Under the pieces are notes generated by a model that worked only from the letters and a program-made list of their open reading frames with translations, searched no databases and was not told the origin of the DNA. Positions 1 to 13,066 of a stretch of 64,000 nt of DNA are shown here, piece by piece; position 1 is the stretch's first letter; every line of letters starts with the position of its first letter. The position numbers and the translations under genes are program-made. The stretch is from Octopus vulgaris (lineage: Eukaryota), in NCBI GenBank assembly GCA_951406725.2, contig OX597829.1, forward strand, positions 14,074,001 through 14,138,000. The letters are read 5' to 3'.

Positions 1-216
1 GAGTCCTACGGACGAAGGATTACGTAAGTGATTTACTTGTTAATAGGCGAAAGCGGTTTGCGATTAATTCTTGTTTTTTATATAATTTTCACCTGTCTTG
101 CCCGCCTTTTGTTTTGGTGTCCGCTGAATTTTTCTCTAGAGAACATTCTTTCTTTGTAGTTTGATCGTAGGTGATCTATTTCTAGCATATGGCTGTCCAC
201 ATAGTGGTTTTTAGGT

Positions 217-230
217 CTTAAAATATACAC

Positions 231-284
<54 letters not shown>

Positions 285-607
285 CAGGCACAGGCGTGGC
301 TCTGTGTGGTAAGAAGCTTGCTTCTCAACCACATCGTTCCGTATTCAGTCCCACTGCCTGACACCTTTTGTTACTCTTACTAACAAAGGTTACATGTTAT
401 TAAACATTTATTAAACATTTAATCCGGTATTGAGTTGTTACAACCCGCCATATAAAAATTTCAACAGCAAGTTTTTTTCGTATCGGGATTAGGATGTTGC
501 ACTCACAATCGCAATATCATGGCTTTCATTCCTAGACGGGGCCCTGCGATGTGTTCTTAAGCAAATCGCTTCATTTCAAGTTGCTCCCATCCATTCAACT
601 GTAAATA
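217..607 (+). repeat. Copy 1 of a ~390-bp direct duplication (copy 2 at 2846-3239)
   Basis: CTTAAAATATACACATGT-(TA)n-CAGGCACAGGCGTGGC...CATCCATTCAACTGTAAATA recurs almost identically at 2846-3239. Confidence 0.9.
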
Positions 608-660
608 GCTAACCCTGCAGCGACCAGCATCCCATTCAAGATGAATTTGGTGACCTCAGT
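486..660 (+). mobile_element. Degenerate tRNA-derived SINE (minor family)
   Basis: Head GGATGTTGCACTCACAATCGC...GCGATGTGTTCTTAAGCAA matches the better preserved copy at 46226-46400, which has a GGTTCGATTCC B box. Confidence 0.5.
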
Positions 661-1267
661 TTATTATGCTGTGAAATAACCAACCCTGTGAATCCGAGGA
701 TTCGACAGTACTTTTTTTTTATTGTATCTACTGCGATAGGTTGTTAAAATGCAATCCACTCGATATAAATAGATTATGAATCACATCCTGATGCCCCAGC
801 ATGGCCACATTCCAGTGACAAATGCTAAAAGGAGAAAATAATAAAGAACTATACAAACTAGCACACTCGTCTGCGTTGTATATAACCGGACAGATATAGT
901 TGCCAGCCATGAAAACTAATGTCCACTTGTGTGTGTTTACACAGCTGAACATTGTATGAATACATAGTAATACAGTTAGTTGAGAAACTATCACAAACTG
1001 TCATTATTCAATTACTAGACAAAAACTTGCAGATATTCTTTGAATGGTTTCAATCTTTTAACTACGAACATGCTGGGGTACCATCTTGAAGTGCTTTAGT
1101 TGATCTTGTCGAGGTCAGTGCTTTCTTTTCCTAAATCTATTACTTATTTTATCAATTTCTTTTAATCGCACCGCTAACGGAACATAAATGCAGACACCAG
1201 TATTCTTTAAGTAGTCTCAACTATATAAAGGTAGATACACATATACGCACGTGCTGAAACACATATA

Positions 1268-1647
1268 CTTACCAGCCACATGGTTCCGGGTTCAGTCCCA
1301 CTGCGTGGCACCTTGAGCAAGTGTCTTCTGCTATAGCCCCGGGCCGACCAATGCCTTGTGAGTGGATTTGGTAGACGTAAACTGAAAGAAGCCTGTCGTA
1401 TATATGTATATATATATAAGTGTGTGTGTATATGGTTGTGTGCCTATGTTTGTCAACCTAGCATTGCTTGACAACCGATGCTGGTGTGTTTACGTCCCCG
1501 TCACTTAGCGGTTCGGCAAAAAGGGACTGATAGTATAATTACTGGGCTTACAACGAATAAGACCTGGGGTCGATTTGCTCGACTAAAGGCGGTGCTCCAG
1601 CATGGCCGCAGTCAAATGACTGAAACAAGTAAAAGAGTAAAAAAGAG
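1268..1647 (+). mobile_element. SINE family A, 5'-clipped
   Basis: CACATGGTTCCGGGTTCAGTCCCACTGCGTGG head, internal TA/TG tract and 3' CATGGCCGCAGTCAAATGACTGAAACAAGTAAAAGAG tail are shared with many copies in the window. Confidence 0.85.
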
Positions 1648-2224
1648 AGAGAGTATATCCATACTTGTGTGTGTATGAGTGTGTATGTATGTGTGTGTGC
1701 ATGTGTGTGCGTCTGTTTGTGTCTGGACGTGTGTATGTGTGTGACTCTGTATTTGTACCTGTGTGCCTGTGAGTGTGTTGAGCGTGTGGGGGTGTGGGGG
1801 TGTATGTGTCTGTGTGTGCGTGTGTTGCCAGACCATCAAGTATAAAGAGTAGAATCGGAATGATCAAACTGCCCCTTCCTCGCTTTAAGACTACTAAACG
1901 CAGATACGAAGAAAAGCCCTGAGGCGTCAAGGATTGGTTTGCATAATTACTTGAAGGTGTGTCACTCCTCCGCATGAACTTTGGACATGAACAAACTGCC
2001 ACCATCATCATATATATATATAAACAAGGTAAACCTGCCACCCAAACGAGAATGTATGAATAAAATATTAAACTGTAGCGCAAAGCACACGAGAGAGTCA
2101 GGAGTTTCACTGCAATTTAAGGCTAAATACAATTGACGTGTTTCACATTTATTAAACTTCCTCAGCGAAAAATATACTGTAAAGTTGGCAATATCATACC
2201 AACAGAAAATTATGTATATGTGTG

Positions 2225-2303
<79 letters not shown>

Positions 2304-2314
2304 CATATATATAT

Positions 2315-2375
<61 letters not shown>

Positions 2376-2434
2376 CATATATATATAAATGCATGCATAC
2401 CTATATATATGTGTGTACACATGTAATTATGTAT

Positions 2435-2478
<44 letters not shown>

Positions 2479-2845
2479 CATATACATTGGTATATGTATC
2501 TATATATATAACACATAATAAACACAGGCGCACGCACATAAATATAACATATCTACGTATATTGTGAGTGTATGTACGTGTGTGTGAGTTATTGTAACGA
2601 ATGCTGATGAGGTGGAGAAAAGTAATTTCATATAAAAGGCATAAGCTATGTGTGTGTTTGTGCGGATGTAACGCAGTGCATGTGTGTGCACATAGTAATC
2701 GCAACGGAAGTGTTGCTGGTATTTGAACATTGATATCAACTTTATACACTACATTCTTGTTTTATTAACCTTCTCTGATGCGTCAAGTGAATACATAGCA
2801 AGGGAATCGAGCCCTCGGCCAATTCACTTCCACCATATCTGCAAG

Positions 2846-2859
2846 CTTAAAATATACAC

Positions 2860-2919
<60 letters not shown>

Positions 2920-3239
2920 GGCACAGGCGTGGCTCTGTGTGGTAAGAAGCTTGCTTCTCAACCACATCGTTCCGTATTCAGTCCCACTGCCTGACACCTT
3001 TTGTTACTCTTACTAACAAAGGTTACATGTTATTAAACATTTATTAAACATTTAATCCGGTATTGAGTTGTTACAACTCGCCATATAAAAATTTCAACAG
3101 CAAGTTTTATCGTATCGGGGTTAGGATGTTGCACTCACAATCGCAATATCATGGCTTTCATTCCTAGACGGGGCCCTGCGATGTGTTCTTAAGCAAATCG
3201 CTTCATTTTAAGTTGCTCTCATCCATTCAACTGTAAATA
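2846..3239 (+). repeat. Copy 2 of the ~390-bp direct duplication, abutting the broken end of a LINE fragment
   Basis: Near-identical to 217-607. Confidence 0.9.
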
Positions 3240-3244
3240 AATAA

Positions 3245-4345
3245 ATAAAGATTTTATGTTGTCTAAAGCCCAGGCTTCTTTGTCTGCTCCTTTCTTTTCA
3301 TGGGAGAGTTGCAGACATATTTCGATTTCCAACAGTTTTATTTTCAGGCGGGACTTTTCACTGCTTTCAATTTGTTTGTTTAGGCGATTTGAAATTTTTG
3401 TACGCCGTCTCATTAGAATTTTCCTCTCTCTGGGGATTTCGTTCTTGTGTACAGTGGCCTTTCTCTCTGGGACACATTTGTAGCATATTGCTTGCATTAC
3501 AGACATGAATTGTTGAAGTTTCATGTCGATGTCTGGCGAGGAGAGACATTCAGGCCAGTTTTGTTTGAGGATCTCTTTCTCAATTTGTTTCCAGTTTTCC
3601 TTATGGAAGTTCAAGCTGGAAAGATTCTGAGAGTTTCTTGTAGGCTGCATGTCCATGCTTTCCTTTGGCCCGTACATGGTCAGCTCTACCATGTTGTGAT
3701 CCGAGAGTAGTGTCGGTGTCACTTTCACGTTATGGATGAGATCCATATTATTTGTGAAGCAGAGATCCAGTGTGTTACCTGCCCTGGTTAGTTGGAGTAT
3801 TACTTGCTCCATGTACAGGGTGTTGATGAGGTTCAGGAGGGACCTCGCCTGTCCTCGTTCACATCGTGTCATACCTGGGAGAGAAAGACCCTCGGGCCAT
3901 CTGACATTGGTTAGATTGAAGTCTCCCATAAGAAGTACACATACGTGTTGTTCTAATGTGACTAGAACTTCTTCTATGTTTATAAGGCAGTCTTCAAACT
4001 TGCCTACATGGCTTGGGGCATCTGGAGGGCGATATGTAGCACACACAACTACACCAAGTTGCCTTATATGTACAATTAGTGTGTCACACACCGAGTTTGA
4101 GTATGACAAAAGGACCTGGGGTGTGAGGTCCCCACGGATGTACATAGCAAGTCCTCCATGACTCTTTTCTTTTCTGTCGGTCCGTAGTACAACATACTGT
4201 GGTATGTGTAATTCCGCATCTGCTATGTCTGGTTTCAGGTGTGTAAGTGCTATGCATAAGGCTTGATTGCATGCAACAAAGTCTCCCAAAAACGGGATTT
4301 TTGTCCTGTTACTGAGTGTTAGCAGTCCTCTGATGTTCAGAGGAT
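3245..4345 (-). mobile_element. LINE (CR1/L2 group) fragment encoding the apurinic-type endonuclease domain; RT missing
   Basis: ORF 3219..4379 has the APE motifs LNIRGL, RTDR...HGGLAMYI, YRPP, LMGDFN, NTLDLCFTN and LSDHNMV. Confidence 0.88.
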
Positions 4346-4386
4346 CTCTATACATAGAGATACACATATTTGTAAACATATATATG

Positions 4387-4454
<68 letters not shown>

Positions 4455-4455
<1 letters not shown>

Positions 4456-4985
4456 GGTCCCGGGTTGAGTCGGGGTTAACCACAGTAAATAAGGTGCTCA
4501 ATACATTGCAGAGTAAAGTAATTTATTTTATAGAAGGAGCTTGTACAGGACTATAACTGTTTCATTCAGATGAAATCTTCAGGAAGCTGGCTGTCAAAAT
4601 AAGTTCTGGTATTTATGCATTTAGGCAGATTTAATGGAGTGGTGGTGGGGGACGTTTTTTGGGTAGGTTTGTATCTAGGAGATAAACAGGGCACTGGCTA
4701 TTGTTCTTAGGGGATTGGTCAAAAGGCCAGAGTCAGTGAGAAAATAAAAAAAATAATGAAATATAAAAATTATAAAATAAAAAAATTTAAAAAATAAAAA
4801 ATAATAATAATAATAATAATAAATAAATAAATAAATGAATAAATAAAATAAATGAATAGAAGCAGATATATGGGAGGGGATTTTTGGTAAATTAGAAGAC
4901 AATTGCTTTTGGTGGTCAAGAAGGGGTAGGCAGTTTGTTATTGTTAGTTAAAGGGAATAAATAGATAAATATACAAGAAAAAACA
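4455..4985 (-). mobile_element. Putative Penelope 3' UTR/pLTR containing a hammerhead-like motif
   Basis: C/A-rich non-coding sequence on the same strand as, and downstream of, the Penelope ORF at 6297-7360. It contains CTGAAGA...GAAA...TA at 4538-4588. Confidence 0.5.
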
Positions 4986-4989
4986 TTAA

Positions 4990-5100
4990 ATTAAATATAC
5001 ATACAAACACACATACATACAGATGCGAAATGACATATGTATACATACGCACACACATATACATACATACACATACATACATATATATATATATATATAG

Positions 5101-5132
<32 letters not shown>

Positions 5133-5285
5133 ATATGCATATATATACATATATATATGCATATATATACATATATATACATATATATATGCATATATAT
5201 ACATATATACACATATACATACATACATATACGTGCACATACATATACCTACATACACACCCACACACGCACATATATCTATATA

Positions 5286-5345
<60 letters not shown>

Positions 5346-5978
5346 TACAAATATACACAAGTATACATACATAAATATACTCATATACATATAAACATAT
5401 ACATAATTATGCATACATAAATATACATGTGTACACACAAACACACCCATAAACATATACACGCCTATATAAACACATATGCACATATAAAAACACATGC
5501 GTATATAAAATTATATATACGCATATAAAAGCATATATACGCATACAAATACATATATGCATATACAAATACACACATGCAGATACATACATAGACACAT
5601 ATATATATATACACACATATATACATACCTGCAAATACATACGCATGCATTCACGTACATACATATACACATCTACACATATACACATAAACATATATAT
5701 ACCCATACATAAATCTATATGTCCAAACATATACATATATATACACAAATATACACATATATACATGCATCCATACACAAATATACATGCATACACACAT
5801 ACATTTATTTCCAAATACACATGTATATATTAAAATACACTTACGCATACATAAATATATACATGCATATACACATACACACACGTATATATAACTACAA
5901 AATACATACCTGCATATATATACACATATACACACATACATACATACACACACAATTCACTTAAATACACACATATGC

Positions 5979-6009
<31 letters not shown>

Positions 6010-6296
6010 CATAAACATATACACATACATATACATACACATAAATATATACACATGTACACATATACATACATAAATACATACACACGCATACAAACAC
6101 ATGTACACATATATATATATATATATATACATATACATACACACACATACATATATATATATACATATATATACACACACACACATATATATATATATAC
6201 ATACACGCGCATACATACATATGCACACATACATACATATGCACCTATATACATATATGTGCATATGTACACATATATATATATATATATGTATAT
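4990..6296. repeat. 1.3-kb compound (CA/TA/CATA)n microsatellite
   Basis: Low-complexity tract read directly. Confidence 0.95.
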
Positions 6297-7360
6297 AGTC
6301 TTAGGAGAGAAGGTAATTGGGGTGATGAAGGAACGGTGGTGTGGTGGGAGGCGGGGGTGGAGTGAGGGGTTTGTGAGTGGGGTGTCGTCAATAGGGTGGC
6401 CGGGTGGGTCTGTAATTTTTGTAGTTTGCATAGATTTTGTGCATACAGTTTGGGGAGTGTTCCGAGACCCTGTTGAGGAGAGGGCCTTTGGCGAATAAGA
6501 TCTCCAAGCTCTCAGAAATACAAAGGTCACAGCAAGTATTGCCTCCCGTGTAAGAACGCGCTCTCTGGAGTAGTCTCCACTTGATCTTGAAGGGGATGGA
6601 GTTCCTTTTAAGGAGCCATATATGGGCGGCGAGAGTAGTCTGGTTAGATTTGTCAGCGTACCAGCGAGGCTTAAAACTATTTGAGGTCATTCCGATGTAC
6701 GATTTTCTTTTATCATCGGGACCTGATCTTACATCGCATATGTAGACGAGATCTTTCTGTAGGCAGTTGTTATTGAGGGGGCAAGTAGTCTTATCAGGGC
6801 AGTTGCAAATGCAGTTGCTGTCAGATGCTGGATGGGCTTCGGAAAAAGAAGATTTATTAAGTTTTTTGGCGTTATTGTTGGCTAGGTTCCTAGCTAGATT
6901 GGGTGTGGTGGAGTAGGAGAGTCTAATGGTGTTCTTATTAAGGATTGTATAGTACTTATGTTGGGCGGGGAAGTGTTTTTGTAAGAGAGTGAAGAAAATT
7001 TTAGCTACAGGTGTTGAAACTTCACGGTTGAAGGGGGGTTGTACCAGCTAATATGTCTTCGCCTATTATTCTTGGGTGGGCGTGGGGCTATGCTAATGTA
7101 GGTGATCTTATCTTTAAAGCCACTGCGGGCAAGGGCCTTGTTGTAATAGGGGGCTGCGGCATTAAAGATATCCTCGTTGGCAGAGAGGCTAGATATCCTA
7201 ATGGACACACTTTTCACTAGGTTGTCTAATATATTTTTTGGGGTGGTTAGAATTAATGTCTATGTATCTAAGGGATTCATTAGGTTTATGGTACGGGTAA
7301 TAAAGGGATGTTTCTAAGTCGAGAGTAACGTCAAGGAAGTTAGCTTTGGTTAACTTCGAA
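6297..7360 (-). mobile_element. Penelope-like element fragment: RT thumb, Cys-rich linker and GIY-YIG endonuclease; frameshifted
   Basis: Translations include SIRISSLSANEDIFNAAAPYYNKAL, WYNPP, CNCPDKTTCPLNNNCLQKDLVY...YIGMT and [12 protein letters not shown]...LLN. A CxC-C-C linker ahead of GIY-YIG is typical of Neptune-type PLEs. Confidence 0.88.
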
Positions 7361-7485
7361 TATATATATATATATGCCTATAAGAAATATATATGCATAT
7401 AAACATATATAAGCATATAAACATATACTTTTATGCACATATATATATATATATAATATTATATATAATATATATAATATTATAT

Positions 7486-7592
<107 letters not shown>

Positions 7593-7834
7593 TATATATA
7601 TACATATATAGGCGCAGGAGTGTCTGTGTGGTAAGTAGCTTGCTAACCAACCACATGGTTCCGGGTTCAGTCCCACGGACAGGCACGCACGCGCGCACAA
7701 ACACATTTACAGATCACATATTCTTGTTATCAATCTACACCTGTTTCCTGCTTATATATATATATATATATTCATAATAATAATAAAATAACAGCAAAAG
7801 AATGCGACCTCGGAATTAGGTAAATTGAATTTAT

Positions 7835-7907
7835 ATATGTATAGGACAATCAGTAAGTCCTCATAATAGGACTCAGAGTCCTGTTGTGACAGCTTACTGA
7901 TTGTCCT

Positions 7908-7913
<6 letters not shown>
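7835..7913. mobile_element. ~70-bp palindromic MITE (Made1-like architecture) flanked by TA
   Basis: AGGACAATCAGTAAG...GGACTC A GAGTCC...CTTACTGATTGTCCT is self-complementary. Confidence 0.65.
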
Positions 7914-8003
<90 letters not shown>

Positions 8004-8031
8004 TATATGTATATATATATATCTATATCTA

Positions 8032-8077
<46 letters not shown>

Positions 8078-8079
<2 letters not shown>

Positions 8080-8160
8080 GTACAGGACAATCAGTAAGCT
8101 GTCACAACAGGACTCACTCTGAGTCCTGTTATGAGAACTTACTGATTGTCCTATACATAT
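8078..8160. mobile_element. Second copy of the palindromic MITE, inverted relative to 7835-7913
   Basis: Reverse complement of 7835-7913 apart from a 4-bp insertion and a few substitutions. Confidence 0.65.
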
Positions 8161-8460
8161 ATGTGTGTATGCATTTGTTCGCGTATGTATAATGTGACTA
8201 TATTTACATATAGACAAATGTTATCATGAACACTTCCTATTAGTCACATTCACACATACACAAGCCACCAGAAACAAAAACTTCATTGGAACTCATAGGA
8301 AAGGTTCACATTTTATTTTATAGCATAAATTATTCGACGATTTCAACACACTAAACATAGCGCACGCTCCTTATATGTGTATGTGAAAATAAGGTGGAGA
8401 GATATCTGAATTACTTCTAGCATATATATACACATATATGTGCGTGTGTGCATATATATA

Positions 8461-8504
<44 letters not shown>

Positions 8505-8508
<4 letters not shown>

Positions 8509-8680
8509 GTGTTTACGAGAAAAACAAAAGACGAAGACAGGTAGTGTACAAAACAAACAGATGTATTAGTATAACGCTCAGGCATAGAAAAAGTTTTTAC
8601 GTTTCGAGCCTATGCTCCTCTATAGAAAGGGACACAGAAAAAACAAGGAGAGAAAAAAATGTGTGTAGTTGCTAACGATC
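8505..8680 (-). mobile_element. Short non-coding pLTR-like repeat (homologue at 18560-18745, + strand)
   Basis: Both copies share GAGC(A/G)TAGGCTCGAAA...ACTAATACAT...TACAC...CCTGTCTTCGT. Confidence 0.55.
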
Positions 8681-8686
8681 TATCAT

Positions 8687-8785
<99 letters not shown>

Positions 8786-9412
8786 CATGCATGCGTACAT
8801 ACATACGTACGTACATACATACATATGTAAATATATATGTATATACATACACATTTAAATATACATACAATATATACAACACACACAACATACGCACAAT
8901 ATACATACACATACAATTGCACACACGCACACACATACACACAAACACACACACACATACACTCAGATTTTACACTGATACACACGTACAGAAATATTTT
9001 CAACATTCCCGATGTGATGTGATCAACGCCATTCAAGATGGCCTAACAATAAGAATAACATGGATATTCAGTTATGGCAATGCAATTGTTGTGGTTGTTA
9101 CTGCTACTGCTGCTGCTGCTGCAGCTGCTTTCCCTATTCCTGTTCTAGTTGTAATTTTAACATTTTCATTGTGTTTCTTGCGCTTTTCTTTGTAGTTGAC
9201 AGTGTTGTTCTTTCTGTTGTTATGTTTGTTTTTGTTGTTGTTATGGTTGTTGTTTTCGCTGTTGCTGATGGTGGAGGCGGTGGCGGCAGTGGTTGTTGTT
9301 GTCGTGGTGGCGGCGGCGGCGGCGGCGACGTTGTTGTTTACAGGAACACCATTGGCAATAATTGTTGCTGCGACAAAAACAACAACAATAACAACCACAA
9401 CATTAATATATA

Positions 9413-9501
<89 letters not shown>

Positions 9502-9517
9502 TAATAATAATAATAAC

Positions 9518-9559
<42 letters not shown>

Positions 9560-9610
9560 AATAAAAATAATAATAATAGTAATCATGATAATAATAATAA
9601 TAATAATAAC

Positions 9611-9642
<32 letters not shown>

Positions 9643-9647
9643 TGATA
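9413..9647. repeat. (TAA)n microsatellite
   Basis: Read directly. Confidence 0.95.
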
Positions 9648-9649
9648 AA

Positions 9650-11136
9650 AATTCATAGGGCACTCTATGAATAAATAGCAAACAGTGCTACAGCTCCAAA
9701 CAGAGGGACTCATGAAAACCAAAGCCATCCCCATTAGAAGAGGAATATTCCAGGGAGACACGCTCTCTCCACTCCTTTTCTGCTTGGCACTGTCACCTCT
9801 ATCTGGTATGCTAAATAGAACTGGATGCGGATATAAATGCAACGGCAAAACGATCAGCCACCTTTTATATATGGATGACCTAAAACTATACGCTGCAAAT
9901 GACAAACAGCTGGAAACACTACTAAAGACAGTTCATGGATTTACCAAAGAAATAGATATGAAATTTGGATTAGAAAAATGCGCCAAAGTAACCATGAAAA
10001 GAGGAAAACTATTTAAGAGTAACAACATCACACTAGATAAAACCGATGAAATAAAAGAATTAGACCAAAGCCAAACTTACAGATACTTAGGAATCCATTA
10101 ACTAGATAAGACACAACACACACAAATGAAAGAGAAAATTAAAAAAAGAATATCATAGACGAGTTAGATCAATACTAAACACAGAGCTCAATGCTAAAAA
10201 CAAGATAATAAGTATTAACACTTTAGCTGTCCCAGTTATAAGTTACAGCCACAATATCCTTAACTGGACACTAAATGAACTGACCAAAATAGATAGGAAA
10301 ACAAATCTGAAATAGAAAGACGATATATACAACGTATAGAAGGTGGTAGAGGCCTTATACAGCTGGAAAACTACTATAAAATAACCACCATAGGACTGCA
10401 AAAAAACTAAACGCAAAAGAAATAGACAAAGAAAAATCCGAACAATGATTGAGAAGCTCAAGACTCAAAGCAGAGACAGAGGGATTTTTAATTGCAGCAA
10501 AAGACCAAAGCCTCCCCACCAGAAATTACCAAAAACATGTAATGAAAAGAAATATAACAAGTAACTGCAGAATATGTGGAGATGGACAAGAAACAATAAA
10601 TCATATTATCTCTAGCTGCCCAGTCCTGGCTAAGAAGGAATATATTCACAGACATGACAGAGTTGGAACCTACATACACTGGAAACTATGCCAACATTAT
10701 GGAATAACAACAGAAAAAAGATGGTATAGGCACACACCAGAAAAGGTCACAGAAAACGAGAAAGCAACCATACTCACAGATAGAGAAATTAAGGCCAACA
10801 GACCAGATATAGTTGTCAGAGATCATGAAGAAAAAAAATGCTTTTTAATTGATGTATCAATACCGGCAGATGACAACGTGTCTCTAAAAGAAATGGAGAA
10901 ACTTTCAAAATACAAAGACCTGGAAATAGAGGTAACCAGAATGTGGAATCTAAAAGCAGAAACAATTCCTATCATAGTAGGTGCATTAGGCATGATAAAA
11001 AAATATTCAGACAAATACATAACAAAAACACCAGGACTTACAAACACATATAACATACAGAAATTTGCACTACTAGGCACTGCACACATTCTACGCATAG
11101 AGCATCACAACAAATTACAGCACATACCTAAGGCAC
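9650..11136 (+). mobile_element. 5'-truncated R4/Dong-clade non-LTR retrotransposon (RT, CCHC finger, restriction-like endonuclease), decayed
   Basis: RRGIFQGDTLSPLLFC, HLLYMDDLKLY, CRICGDGQETINHIISSC...RHD, NRPDIVV...LIDVSIP and KYKDL. Confidence 0.9.
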
Positions 11137-11460
11137 ACTGGTACTTATTTAATCGACCCCGAAAGGATGAAAGGCAAAGTCGACCTCAGCGGAATTTGAA
11201 CTCAGAACGTAACGACAAACGAAATACCTATTTCTTTACTACCCACAAGGGATAAACACAGAGAGGACAAACAAGGACATACACACGGATTAAGTGGATT
11301 ATATCGACCCCAGTGCGTAACTGGTACTTAATTTATCGAACCCGAAAGGATGGAAGGCAAAGTCGACCTCGGCGGAATTTGAACTCAGAACGCAACGGCA
11401 GACGAAATACCGCTGAGCATTTCGCCCGGCGTGCTAACGTTTCTGCCAGCTCGCCGCCTT
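11137..11460 (-). mobile_element. SINE family B with partial internal duplication
   Basis: Reverse complement of AGGCGGCGAGCTGGCAGAAACGTTAGC...GAGGTCGACTTTGCCTT(T/C)CATCCTTTCGGG. The central motif resembles the Meta-SINE domain. Confidence 0.85.
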
Positions 11461-11804
11461 AAAGTACCATTTCACCATCATTCACAACACTATAACAACA
11501 ACAACAGCAACAGTTATAACTACTACTGTTACTACAACAACAACAACATCAGTAAGCAAACAACAAAAGTAACGAAAAAATAAAAACAAAAAAGAGATGA
11601 GGTGAGAGAGAGAGAGACAGACAGAATTGGTAAAATGAGATGGGAGACGAGAATAAGAGACGCAACCAGCACCATAGCAGCAGCAGCAGCTGTTAACAAG
11701 AAATACATGATGTTCTTGGCATCAGTTACATCCTCAACGTTATCGTCGTCGTCGTCATCGTCATCATCACAATTGTCACCGGCGTTATTAACAACACAAA
11801 GTTG

Positions 11805-12025
11805 TTACTCTTTCACCTGCTTCAGTCATTTGGCTGCGGCCATGTTGGGGCACCAACTTTAATCGAGAAACTCGACCCTGGGACTTATTCTTTTGTAAGC
11901 CCAGTACTTATTCTATCGGTCTCTTTTGCCGAACCGCTAAGTAACGGGAACATAAACACACCAGCATCAGTTGTCAAGCAATGCTAGGGGTACAAACACA
12001 GACGCACAAACACACACACGCATAT
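11805..12025 (-). mobile_element. SINE family A, 3' half
   Basis: Family A tail and body in reverse complement. Confidence 0.8.
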
Positions 12026-12032
12026 ATATATC

Positions 12033-12376
12033 CTCTTTTACTCTTTTACTTGTTTCAGTCATTTGACTGCGGCCATACTGGAGCACCGCCTTTAGTCGAG
12101 CAAATCGACCCGGGACTTATTCTTTGTAAGCCCAGTACTTATTCTATCGGTCTCTTTTGCCGAACCGCTAAGTAATGGGGACATAAACACACCAGCATCG
12201 GCTGTCAAGCAATGCTAGAGGACAAACACAGACACACAATCACACACACACATACATATATATATATACATATATACGACAGGCTTCTTTTAGTTTCCGT
12301 CTACCAAATCCACTCACAAGGCTTTGGTCAGCCCGAGGCTATAGTAGAAGACACTTGCCCAAGGTGCCACGCAGTG
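12033..12376 (-). mobile_element. SINE family A, head clipped
   Basis: Family A body in reverse complement. Confidence 0.85.
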
Positions 12377-12580
12377 TGTCTGTGTCTGTTCCCCTAGCAT
12401 TGCTTGACAACCGATGCTGGTGTGTTTATGTCCCCGTCACTTAGCGGTTCGGCAAAAAGAGACCGATAGAATAAGTACTGGGCTTACAAAGAATAAGTCC
12501 CGGGATCGAGTTGCTCGACTAAAGGCGGTGTTCCAGCATGGCCGCAGTCAAATTAATTACTGAAAGTAAAAGAGTAAAAG
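12377..12580 (+). mobile_element. SINE family A 3' half fused in inverted orientation to the preceding copy
   Basis: CCCCTAGCATTGCTTGACAACC...CAGCATGGCCGCAGTCAAAT on the + strand. Confidence 0.85.
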
Positions 12581-12689
12581 GGAGAGTATGTACGCGTATA
12601 TGTGTGTGTGTGTTATCGTATGTATATATGTACATATAATAAATTAATAAATAAAATAAAACATATGCATATATACATACATATATGTA

Positions 12690-12960
12690 CGTACCTACAT
12701 CACATCTACACGTATATATACATGCATATATGGGTACAGGATACAAAAAAAAACGTCGAACACAATGAGAAATGAAAACATAAACACAAAACCAAGGAAC
12801 TGGTCATTTTTCTTAAACAACGAAAAAATAGAGTACAGGACATACAATACAAGGAAAAATTCCCTTTCTTCAGTCGCCATGGTGTCATCTACCCCATGTT
12901 TTATTTTATTTATTAATGTATTATATGACGGAACGCACGCATCCATTTCTAAGTAAGATT
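12690..12960. repeat. Unclassified non-coding repeat family C
   Basis: GTACAGGA...GAACACAA(T/C)GAGAAA...AACAACGAAAAAA...GAGTACAGGACA is shared with 17040-17480, 20000-20400, 31035-31450 and 32895-33420. Confidence 0.7.
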
Positions 12961-13001
12961 GTATATATATATAGATGAATATATATTTGTGTGTGTGTGT
13001 G

Positions 13002-13066
<65 letters not shown>

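Noticed and set aside
2600-2635. CTGATGA-GGTGGA-GAAA hammerhead core words
   Set aside because: No stem II and only 2-3 bp in stems I and III; compatible with chance.
9060-9417. Ala/Val/Gly-rich ORFs on both strands
   Set aside because: Made of degenerate (GTT)/(GCT)/(GGC) trinucleotide repeats with no domain or clear splice structure.
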